A stretch of 44,281 nt of DNA from Dictyoglomaceae bacterium (GCA_028276205.1 JAPYWU010000001.1:1-44281); one strand, 5' to 3'; positions 1-10,537 are shown, numbered from the stretch's first letter. The notes: generated by a model from the sequence alone, not told the origin. Made by a program: numbers and translations.

Positions 1-168
1 TCTAAGATTTTTGAAAGATTTTATAAATTGGATAAGTCAAGAAGTAGTAAGGGATATGGACTTGGCCTTTCTCTTGCTAAAAAGCTTTCAGACGTGGCAG
101 GTCTTGAAATAGATGTGGAAAGTAAAGAAGGAGAGGGAAGTACGTTCTACATAGAGAGGAGAAAATAG
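1..168 (+). CDS. Sensor histidine kinase, C-terminal HATPase_c fragment (5' end outside window)
   Basis: Frame 1 reads SKIFERFYKLDKSRSSKGYGLGLSLAKKLSDVAGLEIDVESKEGEGSTFYIERRK*, showing the F box (IFERFY), G2 box (GYGLGLS) and terminal G-STF motif. Confidence 0.9.
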   Translation, partial: SKIFERFYKLDKSRSSKGYGLGLSLAKKLSDVAGLEIDVESKEGEGSTFYIERRK

Positions 169-173
169 CATTT

Positions 174-755
174 ATGAAAAGAATTTTTATTTTTCTACTT
201 ATTTTGTTGTTTTTTTTATCAGGATGTGCACGTACCGTTACTATAAGGCCAAAAGGATTTTTAAATATAGAAATAGAATTTTACAATCCTATAAGTTTAT
301 ATGATAATAGTAATTACTATGCCCTCATTATTCCGTTTAATAAGGATGGATATATAACTGAAGATAGAGGTACATGGCAAAACTTTGTTTGGTGTGATGG
401 AGATGGAAATACAGTTAACTTTAAATGGGGGAAAAATGGCGATCTGTCAACACTTCAATTATTTTCTTTGGTACATACTCAACTTAAAGGTGTTATTTCA
501 GAAGATAAAACTACTTTGACAATTCAAATTCCATTAGTTGTTTTTGGTGGTTCTATAAGTAGGCTTTATATGAATGTATCTTTATATAAAATTTTAGGAA
601 ATCCATCATATATACAAGATTTAGGGGATTTTCAATGGGTTATTCCCAGGGAAAATATATATATAGATTTAACTAATCCTGTTAGTGGAAAGATACTCTA
701 TGAAGAATATTCTTTAAATCAGGCAGTGAGTCACATAAAAATATGGTTAGAGTAA
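174..755 (+). CDS. Hypothetical lipoprotein
   Basis: Basic N-terminus, hydrophobic stretch and lipobox LSG-C; overlaps the lnt start. Confidence 0.75.
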   Translation: MKRIFIFLLILLFFLSGCARTVTIRPKGFLNIEIEFYNPISLYDNSNYYALIIPFNKDGYITEDRGTWQNFVWCDGDGNTVNFKWGKNGDLSTLQLFSLVHTQLKGVISEDKTTLTIQIPLVVFGGSISRLYMNVSLYKILGNPSYIQDLGDFQWVIPRENIYIDLTNPVSGKILYEEYSLNQAVSHIKIWLE

Positions 756-2185
756 ATAAGTTTAAAATTTTTATATATCTTTTTATATCTGCACTATTCT
801 ATATTCTTTCTTTTCCTCCTTTTAATTTTTCTTTTCTTATCTTTTTTACCCTTGTACCTCTTTTTTCTATTCTTCCTGAAATTACTCAAAAGAAGGCTTT
901 TATTTTAGGTTTTTTATATGGAATTGGATTTAACAGTGTTAACTTTTATTGGATACCAAGCTTAGTATCTCATTTTACAAGTATAGGTCTATCCATATTT
1001 GTATATCTTCTTCTTATTATTTATCTTTCTATATATTATGGAATTTTTCTTTGGGGTGTAAAAAGAAAAGAGAATTCTATATTTTTTCCAGCCTTTTTTA
1101 TGGTATTTATACAATGGATTAGATCCCATGGTCCCCTTGCTTTTAATTGGGGATCATTTGGAGAGCCTTTAGTTCATATTTATCCTCTTCTTCAATGGGC
1201 AAGTGTATTTGGCGAATTGGGCTTAGTTTTTTTAGTTGTCTTAGTTAATACTATAATAGCAAGATTTAAGGAATTAGATTTTAGAAGAAAGATTTCTTTT
1301 ATTTTGGTGTTTATATCTTTATTTTTTGTTGGATTTTTTTTAGGCAGAAGAGATTATAATTCATTTATAAAGGTTGGAGCTGTACAAGGAAGTTATGACA
1401 GCTTTTCCAAATATTTTTATACTAATATTTATGACCAATTCAAAGTTCATAAAGATCTAACATTAAATCTTCCTGATAATTTGGATTTGGTGGTATGGGC
1501 AGAGAGTGTACTTTTTTGCTATCTAAATCATTCTCCTATATATCTCAAGGAGTTGAGAGAGCTTGCAGAGCTTAAAAATACTAATCTTCTTTTAGGATCC
1601 TTGGAGATGAACGGAAGAAATATTTATAATTCTGCATATCTCATAACAAAGGATGGAAGATATGATGTGCATAGGAAGGCACAACTTGTGCCTTTTGTTG
1701 AGGAAGTTCCTTTTCCTTTCAATTATATAATCCCAGAGTATTTTAGAGGGCTTGTTGGGAATTATAGTAGGGGACCTGGTTTTTATCCTTTATCTATTGA
1801 TGGGGAAAATATAGGTGTACTTATATGTTTTGAATCTTTATTCTCAGATCCATCAAGATTACTTTCTCAAAGACATAGTGATATGATTGTGGTCATAACA
1901 AATGATGGGTGGTTTCAGGGGACACCAGCAGTATATCAGCATAAGAATCAATCTCTTCTAAGAGGGGTAGAAAATAGGAAACCTATAATTCAGGTAGCAA
2001 ATACGGGGATAACATTTTTTGCGGATCCTTATGGTAGTATTATAAAAGAGACAAAAGAAGGGGAAAAAGTGGCTATTTATGGTGAAGTTCCAAAAGGTGG
2101 TTTTTCTCTCTATACCTTTTGGGGTGATATTCCTCTATTTTTAGGATTTTTAATATTTCTTTTGATAAAATTGATTAAAGAATGA
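743..2185 (+). CDS. lnt: Apolipoprotein N-acyltransferase
   Basis: N-terminal TM helices plus nitrilase domain with VVWAE, K-x-x-LVPFVE, ICFES, TNDGWF and ANTGIT motifs. Confidence 0.95.
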   Translation: MVRVNKFKIFIYLFISALFYILSFPPFNFSFLIFFTLVPLFSILPEITQKKAFILGFLYGIGFNSVNFYWIPSLVSHFTSIGLSIFVYLLLIIYLSIYYGIFLWGVKRKENSIFFPAFFMVFIQWIRSHGPLAFNWGSFGEPLVHIYPLLQWASVFGELGLVFLVVLVNTIIARFKELDFRRKISFILVFISLFFVGFFLGRRDYNSFIKVGAVQGSYDSFSKYFYTNIYDQFKVHKDLTLNLPDNLDLVVWAESVLFCYLNHSPIYLKELRELAELKNTNLLLGSLEMNGRNIYNSAYLITKDGRYDVHRKAQLVPFVEEVPFPFNYIIPEYFRGLVGNYSRGPGFYPLSIDGENIGVLICFESLFSDPSRLLSQRHSDMIVVITNDGWFQGTPAVYQHKNQSLLRGVENRKPIIQVANTGITFFADPYGSIIKETKEGEKVAIYGEVPKGGFSLYTFWGDIPLFLGFLIFLLIKLIKE

Positions 2186-2727
2186 GAAGGACAATTTTTC
2201 TTAGTATATTGTTATTGATGGTTCTTATTGTTTGGGGAGGAAGTTATTATCTTTTCCCCCCACAAAAGGAAGAAGTGACATCTAATTATGAAAAGCCTGG
2301 TATTTATGCAAAGAAGGTACATTTGAAGGGTAGAGATAAGGGAAATCTGAGTTGGGAGATCTCTGCTGATAATTTAAATATTGATTTAAATTATAGAAAA
2401 TTTCTTTTTGAGGGTAATATAGATGGTAAAGTATACAGAGATAACAAAGTATCTTTGCATATAAAAACTGGTAAGGCAGAGGTAGATAGGGATAAAAAGA
2501 TAATGAAAATACCAGATAGATTATATTTTGAAACTGAGGATGGTTATGTGGGTGAGGCAGAAGAAGGAGTATGGTACTTTGATACAGGGGAATTTGTTAG
2601 TACAAAGGGAAGAGTTAGATTTGAGAAAAAAGGGGAGTTTAAGGCAGAGGCAGACATTTTTAGGTTTGATTCTAAGGAAGGAAAAGCTGATTTTGAGGGT
2701 AATGTGGTGATAGAAGTATTATATTAA
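2182..2727 (+). CDS. lptC: LptC-like periplasmic LPS-export protein
   Basis: Single N-terminal TM helix, then beta-rich jellyroll-like sequence (WEISAD...FEGNV); lies directly upstream of the lptA-like gene. Confidence 0.6.
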   Translation: MRRTIFLSILLLMVLIVWGGSYYLFPPQKEEVTSNYEKPGIYAKKVHLKGRDKGNLSWEISADNLNIDLNYRKFLFEGNIDGKVYRDNKVSLHIKTGKAEVDRDKKIMKIPDRLYFETEDGYVGEAEEGVWYFDTGEFVSTKGRVRFEKKGEFKAEADIFRFDSKEGKADFEGNVVIEVLY

Positions 2728-2742
2728 GAAGGGAGGAAAAAC

Positions 2743-3390
2743 ATGAAAAAGATAGTTGGTATTTTATTAATTTTTTTACTAATTATAGGGATTGGGTTTT
2801 CACAAACAAAAACTCCTATTAAGATTTCCGCCCAAAAAATATCATATGATTTTGGGAAAAAGGTAACTCGAGCAGAGGGAAATGTTACTGTCATATATAA
2901 ACCTGGACAGGATGATGAGACAAGGATTACAAGTACATTGATATTTTATAATCAAGATACCAGTATTGTGGAAGCTCCAGGGAAAGTAAGTATTACTCAA
3001 AAAGATTTATCTATTGTTGGAGAGGATTTAAAAGTAGATCTTAAAAAGGAGACTGTGGAGTTAAAGAAAAATGTAAATGTGGTTTTGCAGAGAAAAAGTG
3101 GAGAGAAAATAGAGATTACAAAACTTTTTTCTCAGGGAATAGTTTACTCCTTAAAGAATAAAACAGGAAGTTTAACTGGAAGCGTAAGAATTGAGAGGGA
3201 AGATCTTATAGTAACTGCAAGTAATGCTGATTTTGATACGGATAAAGAGATTTATACCTTTTTAGATAATGTAAAGATGCTGGATAGTGATAAGAATGAA
3301 ATAAATTGTAAAAAGCTTGTGGTATATGTAAAGGATAAGAGGGTTGAGGCAGAAGGCAACATAGATACTACCTTTTACGTAAAAGAATGA
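2743..3390 (+). CDS. lptA: LptA/OstA family periplasmic protein
   Basis: Signal peptide; OstA-like repeats (IKISA..I.YD....RAEGNV; AEGNI). Confidence 0.7.
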   Translation: MKKIVGILLIFLLIIGIGFSQTKTPIKISAQKISYDFGKKVTRAEGNVTVIYKPGQDDETRITSTLIFYNQDTSIVEAPGKVSITQKDLSIVGEDLKVDLKKETVELKKNVNVVLQRKSGEKIEITKLFSQGIVYSLKNKTGSLTGSVRIEREDLIVTASNADFDTDKEIYTFLDNVKMLDSDKNEINCKKLVVYVKDKRVEAEGNIDTTFYVKE

Positions 3391-4478
3391 TAAGAATAAA
3401 GACTTATCACAAGTATGTATTAAGTGAATTATTAGGACCCTTCTTCTTGGGAATATTTGGATTTATATTAGTAATGCTAATCCAAATACTTTATGAATTT
3501 TCTGATTTTATTATTTTAAGAAGGGTCAGTTTAGAGGTAGTATTGAAACTTCTTTACTATAAGATTCCTTCATTGTTAGTATTTGTAATTCCTGTCTCTC
3601 TTCTTTTTGCTATAATTTTTTCCTTTGGAAGACTTATGAGAGACGGTGAGATATTTGCTATGAGATGTAGTGGAATTTATTTTTACTCTCTAACTATTGT
3701 ACCCCTTTTGTTTTCTCTGTTACTTTCCATTATTCTTTGGCTTTTTACCTATTCTCTTATTCCAGAATCTAATTTTCGGGCAAATAAATTGATTCAGAAA
3801 TACTTTTTCTTAAATCCCGCTCCTGTAAAAGGTGAAAATGTGTTTTTTCATGATGAAGAGGGAAGATATTATTACGTTAAAAAAATTATAGAGAGCAGTA
3901 ATAAAATGGAAGATGTACTTGTATATGATACCTCAAATTCTAATAAGATTCCTGTGATTTATACTGCAAAGGAAGCTATTTGGAGTAGAGATTCTCTTAT
4001 ATTGAAAAATGGTATAGTTCATTATTTAGGAGAGGATTTCTTTGTGGCATGGGAGGGAAATTTTGAGGAGTTTAAGATAAATCTTCCTCAAGATTTTATG
4101 CTGATCTTTTATAGAGATAGAACTCCTCAAGAGATGCCTACCAATGAACTTAAGAAAAGGATTGAAGTTTATAGAAAATCGGGAATATCTGCCAGATCCT
4201 ATCTTGTGGAGGATTACTTAAGGATTGCTCAAAGTGTGGCATTACCTATATTTGCTCTCCTTGGGTTTAGTGTCATCCTTCTTACAGGAAGGGGAGGAAG
4301 ACTTTGGGGAACTGCCTTTAGTATTATTATTGCTTTCTTTTATTATGGGTTCAATATTATTGCTCGATCCTTGGGAGAGCATGCTGTTTTTTCTCCTTTT
4401 ATCTCCGCATGGTTACCTAATATTACCTTGGGAAGTATCAGTTTAGGAGTATTTATATGGAAGATAAGAAAATGGTAA
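3387..4478 (+). CDS. LptF/LptG (YjgP/YjgQ) permease
   Basis: Y.L.ELL.PF, FGRL..DGE..AM..SGI and AWLPN motifs; 3 TM + periplasmic domain + 3 TM topology. Confidence 0.9.
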   Translation: MIRIKTYHKYVLSELLGPFFLGIFGFILVMLIQILYEFSDFIILRRVSLEVVLKLLYYKIPSLLVFVIPVSLLFAIIFSFGRLMRDGEIFAMRCSGIYFYSLTIVPLLFSLLLSIILWLFTYSLIPESNFRANKLIQKYFFLNPAPVKGENVFFHDEEGRYYYVKKIIESSNKMEDVLVYDTSNSNKIPVIYTAKEAIWSRDSLILKNGIVHYLGEDFFVAWEGNFEEFKINLPQDFMLIFYRDRTPQEMPTNELKKRIEVYRKSGISARSYLVEDYLRIAQSVALPIFALLGFSVILLTGRGGRLWGTAFSIIIAFFYYGFNIIARSLGEHAVFSPFISAWLPNITLGSISLGVFIWKIRKW

Positions 4479-6580
4479 AAAGATTAGTTTTTATTGCTAT
4501 AATTCTATTTTTTATCTTAAATATAGCTTTTGCTGAAACTCCTTGGAAAATCAAGGCAGAAAAAATATCCTTTAATTGGGAAACTCAATTTTTTGAAGCA
4601 GAAGGTAATGTGGAGTTTTCAGGTAAAGATATATTAATTAGGGCAGATAGATTAGAGGGTAGTATAAGAGAAGCCTCATTTAAAGCAGAAGGTAATATTT
4701 ATTTTAAAGATAAAGAGGGAGAGTTTTTTGCAGAAAATATAGAATACTTTTATAGGGAAGAGAAAGCTACTATAAAAAATGTGAAATTAAGATATAATGC
4801 TCCAGAATCTAAGGAAAAAATATATATTAAAGGAGAGAATTTGGATTGGAAGAAAGGTAATGTATCTCTTAAAAAAGGTAATTTTACTACTTGTTCTTAT
4901 GAAAATCCTCATTATTTCCTTTCTGCATCTCAAATTGAATATTATCCCAATGATAGGATAGTCTTTATTAATGTGATTTTCTTTTTAAGGTTCCCATATC
5001 CTGCTTTTTATCTACCAATTTTTTATGTTCCCTACTATGTAATCCCTCTTACTAAGGAGCCATCTCCCTTCCCTCAGATCGGTTATGATTCTACTCTTGG
5101 ATTATATCTTACCTATCCCTTTACATATAATCTTTTTGGGCTTCCTGGTGTTCTTACCTTCCTTATATCTCAAAATCAAGGGATTAAATTTTCTCTATCT
5201 CAAAAATATAGTTTTCCAAATCTTTCTGGAAATATAAATGCTCACTACCTTTATAATTATAATTTTAATACCGATGAATTAAAATTTAATATTACTGGTA
5301 AATATGCTCTTCCTTCTCTTTCATTAAACTTTAATTCTCTATATCTCTCTTATCCTTATTCTGGTAATTATTCTCTGCAAAATTCAGTTAATGTAACCTA
5401 TGCCTCTGGTATATTAAGAACTAATATTTTTGGTACTTGGAATAATAATCCTAACTTTGATAATAAAGGGGTAAATATTAATACAACTCTTGATTTCAAC
5501 AAAAATCTAAAACTTCAGTCCGATATAAGATACAACAATCTCTCTTATACCTTAGGAAGTATTCAGGAGGATTTACAGGGAAATATTAATCTTGATTATA
5601 ACGATACTATTCAAAGATTTTATATATATGCCAATGAAAGATGGACTAATACTACAGATTTGCTATTAAAGAAGGTACCAGAATTTTATTATAGTAGAAA
5701 ATTATCCCTTTTAAATATTCCATCAAAGCTGGAATTACTTTTGGGAAATTATATTGAGCCAGGTATTCCTTTTACTATCAATACATGGAAAATAGGATTT
5801 TCTTTAACCTTATCTCCTAACTTATCATTTTCCATAGAAAAGATCTCTTCCAATCTTGGTTTTAGACAAGAATTCTATGGTACTCAAGATGCACGCTATC
5901 TTTTATTTGGAAATGTAAGTTATAGCTATAGACTTTTATCTTTAATTTCAGGATCTTTAAATTACAATTTTCAATGGTTAGGAAAAGATATTGTAACTGG
6001 GGATTCTGGAAATACTCCTTTTTATTTTGATTATTTAACCAATATTAATAATATAAGTGCACAAACTACTATTGGAAGCCCCAATATAAATTTATCCTTA
6101 CAGCAAGGCTATAATTTTATTAATAATACTCCCACCCCTTTATCTATTTCAGGGATATTAAAAATGGGAAATGTGGCAACTCTTTCTGCCAAAACTTCTT
6201 ACCTTTGGAATACTCAAACATTTACCTCTATTTTTATCCAAGGTAGTTTTCAGAATCCAAACTTTTATTTTTCTTTTGGTGGGCTATATGATTTAAATGC
6301 TAACATGATTAAAAGGGTAGATTATAGATTGGGAATAAATATAACGGGGGATTGGCATTATGCTGGTAAACTTAGTCTTTTAGGTTATTATCTACCCACC
6401 TTAGGAAATACCTTTTACTCTCTCTCCTTAGAGAAGGATCTTCATTGTTTTAATATGAAAGCTACATATTATTTTGCTACCCAAAGTTTTCAATTTAGCA
6501 TATATCTCAAGGCATTTCCTTCAAAAGGATTGGAGCTTACAAGTAGACCTGAAGGATTTACGTTGTTACCAAGTTTTTAA
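4472..6580 (+). CDS. lptD: LptD-like outer-membrane protein (OstA N-domain plus beta-barrel)
   Basis: Signal peptide from ATG 4472; AEGNV OstA repeats, FTTC...PHY motif, C-terminal DLHCF motif and terminal Phe. Confidence 0.8.
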   Translation: MVKRLVFIAIILFFILNIAFAETPWKIKAEKISFNWETQFFEAEGNVEFSGKDILIRADRLEGSIREASFKAEGNIYFKDKEGEFFAENIEYFYREEKATIKNVKLRYNAPESKEKIYIKGENLDWKKGNVSLKKGNFTTCSYENPHYFLSASQIEYYPNDRIVFINVIFFLRFPYPAFYLPIFYVPYYVIPLTKEPSPFPQIGYDSTLGLYLTYPFTYNLFGLPGVLTFLISQNQGIKFSLSQKYSFPNLSGNINAHYLYNYNFNTDELKFNITGKYALPSLSLNFNSLYLSYPYSGNYSLQNSVNVTYASGILRTNIFGTWNNNPNFDNKGVNINTTLDFNKNLKLQSDIRYNNLSYTLGSIQEDLQGNINLDYNDTIQRFYIYANERWTNTTDLLLKKVPEFYYSRKLSLLNIPSKLELLLGNYIEPGIPFTINTWKIGFSLTLSPNLSFSIEKISSNLGFRQEFYGTQDARYLLFGNVSYSYRLLSLISGSLNYNFQWLGKDIVTGDSGNTPFYFDYLTNINNISAQTTIGSPNINLSLQQGYNFINNTPTPLSISGILKMGNVATLSAKTSYLWNTQTFTSIFIQGSFQNPNFYFSFGGLYDLNANMIKRVDYRLGINITGDWHYAGKLSLLGYYLPTLGNTFYSLSLEKDLHCFNMKATYYFATQSFQFSIYLKAFPSKGLELTSRPEGFTLLPSF

Positions 6581-6609
6581 TAGAAATACTTGCAGTTTTT
6601 TGATATAAT
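6581..6609 (+). promoter_or_regulatory. Sigma70-type promoter for the rubredoxin operon
   Basis: TAGAAA (6581-6586), 17-nt spacer, extended -10 TGaTATAAT (6601-6609). Confidence 0.6.
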
Positions 6610-6648
6610 TTAAAATTGAAAATAAATTTTAATAAGGGGGTTAAGCTT

Positions 6649-6807
6649 ATGACAAAATATAGATGTGTAGTATGTGGGTACATCTATGATCCAGAGGAAG
6701 GAGATCCTGATGGAAATATTCCACCAGGAACACCTTTTGAAGAGCTTCCCGATGATTGGGTATGTCCTGTTTGTGGCGCTGATAAAAGTATGTTCAAGCC
6801 AGTATAA
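6649..6807 (+). CDS. Rubredoxin (52 aa)
   Basis: [15 protein letters not shown]...WVCPVCG with two CxxC motifs; SD AAGGGGG upstream of ATG 6649. Confidence 0.97.
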   Translation: MTKYRCVVCGYIYDPEEGDPDGNIPPGTPFEELPDDWVCPVCGADKSMFKPV

Positions 6808-6817
6808 GTTATAGCAT

Positions 6818-8002
6818 ATGAGATACCTAATTATTGGTAATGGAGTTTCGGGAATAACTTCAGCAGAATTAATAAGAGAAAGAGATATAGAGTCTGAAAT
6901 AACTGTCATTACAGAAGAAAAATATCCTTATTATGCAAGACCACAACTTATAGAATTTTTAGCTGGAAATATAAAAAAAGAAGAAATTTTCTTTTATACT
7001 GATGAATGGTATAAAAGTAAAAGGATTAATGTAATATTGGAAGAAAGAGTATTAAGGGTAGATATTGCTAAAAAAGAAGTTGAAACGGATAAAGTAAAAT
7101 ATAATTATGATAAACTTCTTGTTGCTTCTGGAGCGAAACCTCAAATACCTCCTCTTGAAAACGTAAATGTAGAGGGTGTTTTTACCCTTAGAAACTTAGA
7201 TGATGCCTTAAATATTCTTTCCTATATAGAGGGAAAAGAAACAGTAATCCTTTTAGGTTGTGGCCTTTTAGGACTCGAGACAGGAAGAGCCTTATATCAA
7301 AGAGGTCTAAAAATTATTGGATTAGAATTTTTCCCAAGACTTTTACCCAGACAGCTTGATGATGAAGGTAGTAAAGTACTACAAAATATTATTCAATCTA
7401 AGTTTGGTTTTAGTTTTTATCTTGGAGTAAAGGCAAAGAAAGTATTGAAAAATAATGAAAAATTTGTAGGAATTGAATTGGAAGATGGCAGAATAATATA
7501 TGGCAATCTTCTTATAATATCTGCAGGGATTATACCAAATGTGGAGTTTGCAAAAAATTCGGGAATAAATGTAAATAAAGGTATAGTTGTAAACAACTAT
7601 ATGGAAACGAATGTGGAAGGGATTTTTGCAGTGGGTGATTGTGTAGAACATCAGGGAAGAATTTATGGAATTATTCCTGCATGTTTGGATCAGGCTAAGG
7701 TAGCTGTAGAAAATATAATGGGTGTAAAAGTAGAATATAAAGGCTCTATTCCTCTTAATTCCTTGAAAGTTACAGGAGTGGACCTTACTTCTATTGGGGA
7801 GATTAATCCAGAGGGAGAAGGATATGAAGTAAAGGTTTATAAGGATAAGGAAGGTTTTTATAGAAAACTGGTTTTTAAGGATGATAAGCTTGTTGGAGCT
7901 ATTCTTCTTGGAGATAAAAGGAAATATGTTAACAAAATTGTAGGTCTAATAAAGAGACAGGAAACTATTGAGGATAAAGAAAAGTTATTATATGAAGAAT
8001 AA
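6818..8002 (+). CDS. FAD-dependent NAD(P)H:rubredoxin oxidoreductase (NirB N-terminal-like)
   Basis: GNGVSG FAD motif, GCGLLGLE NADH motif, AVGDC; adjacent to rubredoxin. Confidence 0.85.
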   Translation: MRYLIIGNGVSGITSAELIRERDIESEITVITEEKYPYYARPQLIEFLAGNIKKEEIFFYTDEWYKSKRINVILEERVLRVDIAKKEVETDKVKYNYDKLLVASGAKPQIPPLENVNVEGVFTLRNLDDALNILSYIEGKETVILLGCGLLGLETGRALYQRGLKIIGLEFFPRLLPRQLDDEGSKVLQNIIQSKFGFSFYLGVKAKKVLKNNEKFVGIELEDGRIIYGNLLIISAGIIPNVEFAKNSGINVNKGIVVNNYMETNVEGIFAVGDCVEHQGRIYGIIPACLDQAKVAVENIMGVKVEYKGSIPLNSLKVTGVDLTSIGEINPEGEGYEVKVYKDKEGFYRKLVFKDDKLVGAILLGDKRKYVNKIVGLIKRQETIEDKEKLLYEE

Positions 8003-8007
8003 GATGT

Positions 8008-8041
8008 AACGAATCAATTCATTAAGATCGTCGTTTTTTTT
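8008..8041 (+). terminator. Possible weak intrinsic terminator
   Basis: AACGA-ATC...GAT-cg-TCGTT bulged hairpin followed by a T run. Confidence 0.35.
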
Positions 8042-8055
8042 GGAGGACATAAAAG

Positions 8056-9012
8056 ATGGAAGACTATGAAAAATTTTTGGAAGCATACTCTAATGCTTTG
8101 GTAAAGGTGGTAGAAAAGGTAAGTCCTGCTGTTGTTAATATTGATCTAAGTCAAAGTACTTTTATCCCATTCTTTTTTGGTCCTCAAGAGATTAAAGGCT
8201 TTGCATCTGGATTTATCTTTACTCCTGATGGATATATCCTTACTAATAGTCATGTTACTCACCAAGCTACGAAAATTCAGATAACTCTTTCAGATAGAAG
8301 ATCATATAATGCAGAGCTTGTGGGAGAAGATCCTCAAACAGATCTTTCAGTGCTTAAGATTCCAGAGAAAGATCTTCCTTATCTGGAATTGGGGGATTCT
8401 GATGCTTTAAAGGTTGGTCAGATTGTTCTTGCTATAGGTAATCCCTTAGGATTTGGGCATAGTGTTACAAGTGGGGTAATAAGTGCTTTGGGAAGATCAT
8501 TAAGAAGTTATAGTGGGCATCTTATGGAGAATATTATCCAAACAGATGCATCCCTTAATCCTGGAAGTTCTGGAGGACCCTTAGTGGATATATATGGGAA
8601 AGTTATAGGAGTGAATACAGCAATAATACAAGGTGCTCAAGGAATATGTTTTGCCATTCCTATTAATACAGCAAAATGGGTTGCTGGCCTTCTTATAAAG
8701 GAGGGAAGAGTAAGAAGAAGTTATCTTGGCATAATAGGTCAAAGTGTAATAATTCCAAGAAAATTAAGGGATATGTTAAATTTGAAGCAAGAAGGTGGAG
8801 TATATATTATACGAGTGGCTCCATCAAGTCCTGCCCAGAGAGGAAATTTACAAAGTGGTGATATAATAATTACCGCTGGTAACGAAGTAATAAACAACAT
8901 TGATGATTTACATAGATTTTTGAGTCATACACCACCAAATACTAAGGTTATATTCAAGGTTATAAGGGATGAAAAGATAAGGGAGCTTGAGATAACACTT
9001 GGAAGTGAATGA
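8056..9012 (+). CDS. HtrA/DegP-family trypsin-like serine protease with one PDZ domain, no signal peptide
   Basis: SGF, TNSHV (His), D.S (Asp), IQTDA.LNPGSSGGPL (Ser) motifs; C-terminal PDZ. Confidence 0.92.
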   Translation: MEDYEKFLEAYSNALVKVVEKVSPAVVNIDLSQSTFIPFFFGPQEIKGFASGFIFTPDGYILTNSHVTHQATKIQITLSDRRSYNAELVGEDPQTDLSVLKIPEKDLPYLELGDSDALKVGQIVLAIGNPLGFGHSVTSGVISALGRSLRSYSGHLMENIIQTDASLNPGSSGGPLVDIYGKVIGVNTAIIQGAQGICFAIPINTAKWVAGLLIKEGRVRRSYLGIIGQSVIIPRKLRDMLNLKQEGGVYIIRVAPSSPAQRGNLQSGDIIITAGNEVINNIDDLHRFLSHTPPNTKVIFKVIRDEKIRELEITLGSE

Positions 9013-9605
9013 GTCTTATAGAAAAATATCTAACAGTTGAAAAAGAAGAGATTTTTGAAGTAAAAATTCAAAGATCTCTTTTTATAGGTATAATAAAACC
9101 ATTGGAAGCAAATCCCTCTGATATATTAAAAGAGGTAAAAGAAAATTATAAAAATGCTACCCATTATTGTTATGCTTATAGAAAGGTAACAGGAGAAGAG
9201 TACTTTTCAGATGGAGGAGAACCTACTGGTACAGCAGGAATTCCTATACTTAATGCCTTAAGAGAAAAAGATTTATATAATATAATAGGTGTTGTGGTGA
9301 GATATTTTGGTGGTATTAAATTGGGTGTTAGGGGACTTATTGATGCTTACCATTTTACAATGGAAAAAACAATAGAAAAGGCTAAAATTGTAGAAAAGAT
9401 GGTTACAGCTAGCTATAGAATTAAGGCTACATATAAAGATTTTCCTAATATAAAAAGGGAACTTATTAAAAATTTTTCCTGTGAGATAGGGGAAAATTTT
9501 GGTGAAGATGTGGTTTTGGAAGTAAAGGTACCGATATCTTTAAAGGAGGAATTTATAAAATATATTTCTAAAAGGGGGGTAGAAATTGAAAAATACAGAG
9601 AGTAG
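9009..9605 (+). CDS. yigZ: YigZ/IMPACT family protein
   Basis: ATHYCYAY, SDGGEPTGTAG.P and VRYFGGIKLG..GL..AY motifs. Confidence 0.92.
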   Translation: MSLIEKYLTVEKEEIFEVKIQRSLFIGIIKPLEANPSDILKEVKENYKNATHYCYAYRKVTGEEYFSDGGEPTGTAGIPILNALREKDLYNIIGVVVRYFGGIKLGVRGLIDAYHFTMEKTIEKAKIVEKMVTASYRIKATYKDFPNIKRELIKNFSCEIGENFGEDVVLEVKVPISLKEEFIKYISKRGVEIEKYRE

Positions 9606-10533
9606 CTTTATTTGGGGAGAAGAATCTTTACTCTATTCCTTTCCAGAACCTCATCCCATGAATAGAAGGAGATTGGAATCTTTCAAGGAAGAATTAGAAA
9701 GAAGAGATACCTTAATAAAAAGAGAGACTCCCCAAATAAGTTTATATGATGAATTACTGCTTTTTCATACAAAAGAATATGTGGATTTTGTGATTGAGAA
9801 ATCAAAGACAGGCAATGGTTATTTAGACTATGGGGACACACCTGCCTTTTTAGGTTGTTATGAAGCAGCCTCTTATGTGGTAGGTTCTTCCTTAAAAGGG
9901 ATTGATCTCATAATGGAGGGAAAATATAAAAGAGTTTTTGTACCTATGGCAGGTTTGCATCATGCAAGAAGAAATACTGCTGCGGGTTTTTGCATATTCA
10001 ATGATATTGGAGTGGGTATTGAGTATTTGAGAAAAAAATATAACATTCAAGATATTCTTTATATAGATATTGATGCCCATCATGGGGATGGGGTTTTTTA
10101 CGAGTATGTAGATGATCCTCATCTCTATATTGCAGATGTCCATGAGGATGGTAGATTTCTCTATCCAGGTACAGGAAGAAGAGATGAGAGAGGTAAAGGA
10201 AATGCTTTTGGTACTAAGTTAAATATTCCTTTACTTCCTGGAGCTTCTGATGAGGAGCTTTTACTAGCTTTAGAAGAGATTAAAAATTTTGCTTGGGAAA
10301 TTAAGGTTGATTTCATAATTCTACAAGCTGGAGTAGATGGACTTGCAGGTGATCCAATTACCCATTTAAATTACAGTGTTGAGGGATATGGAAAATTTAT
10401 AAAAGAAATAATAGATCTTTCAAACATGGTGTGTAATGGAAAATTATTGATACTTGGAGGTGGAGGTTACAATTCTGAAAATACAAAAAGAGGTTGGATT
10501 AAGATTATAGAAATACTGGAGAAGGAGGATTAA
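9586..10533 (+). CDS. Zn-dependent histone deacetylase family (AcuC-like) protein; TTG start
   Basis: HPM...R, GLHHA, GFCIFND, DIDAHHGDG, GDP and GGGGY motifs. Confidence 0.9.
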   Translation: MKNTESSFIWGEESLLYSFPEPHPMNRRRLESFKEELERRDTLIKRETPQISLYDELLLFHTKEYVDFVIEKSKTGNGYLDYGDTPAFLGCYEAASYVVGSSLKGIDLIMEGKYKRVFVPMAGLHHARRNTAAGFCIFNDIGVGIEYLRKKYNIQDILYIDIDAHHGDGVFYEYVDDPHLYIADVHEDGRFLYPGTGRRDERGKGNAFGTKLNIPLLPGASDEELLLALEEIKNFAWEIKVDFIILQAGVDGLAGDPITHLNYSVEGYGKFIKEIIDLSNMVCNGKLLILGGGGYNSENTKRGWIKIIEILEKED

Positions 10534-10537
10534 AAGA

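Noticed and set aside
4900-6540. Pyrimidine-rich compositional shift suggesting foreign DNA
   Set aside because: Explained by the Ser/Leu/Tyr/Asn/Phe-rich barrel of the LptD-like protein inside a coupled operon
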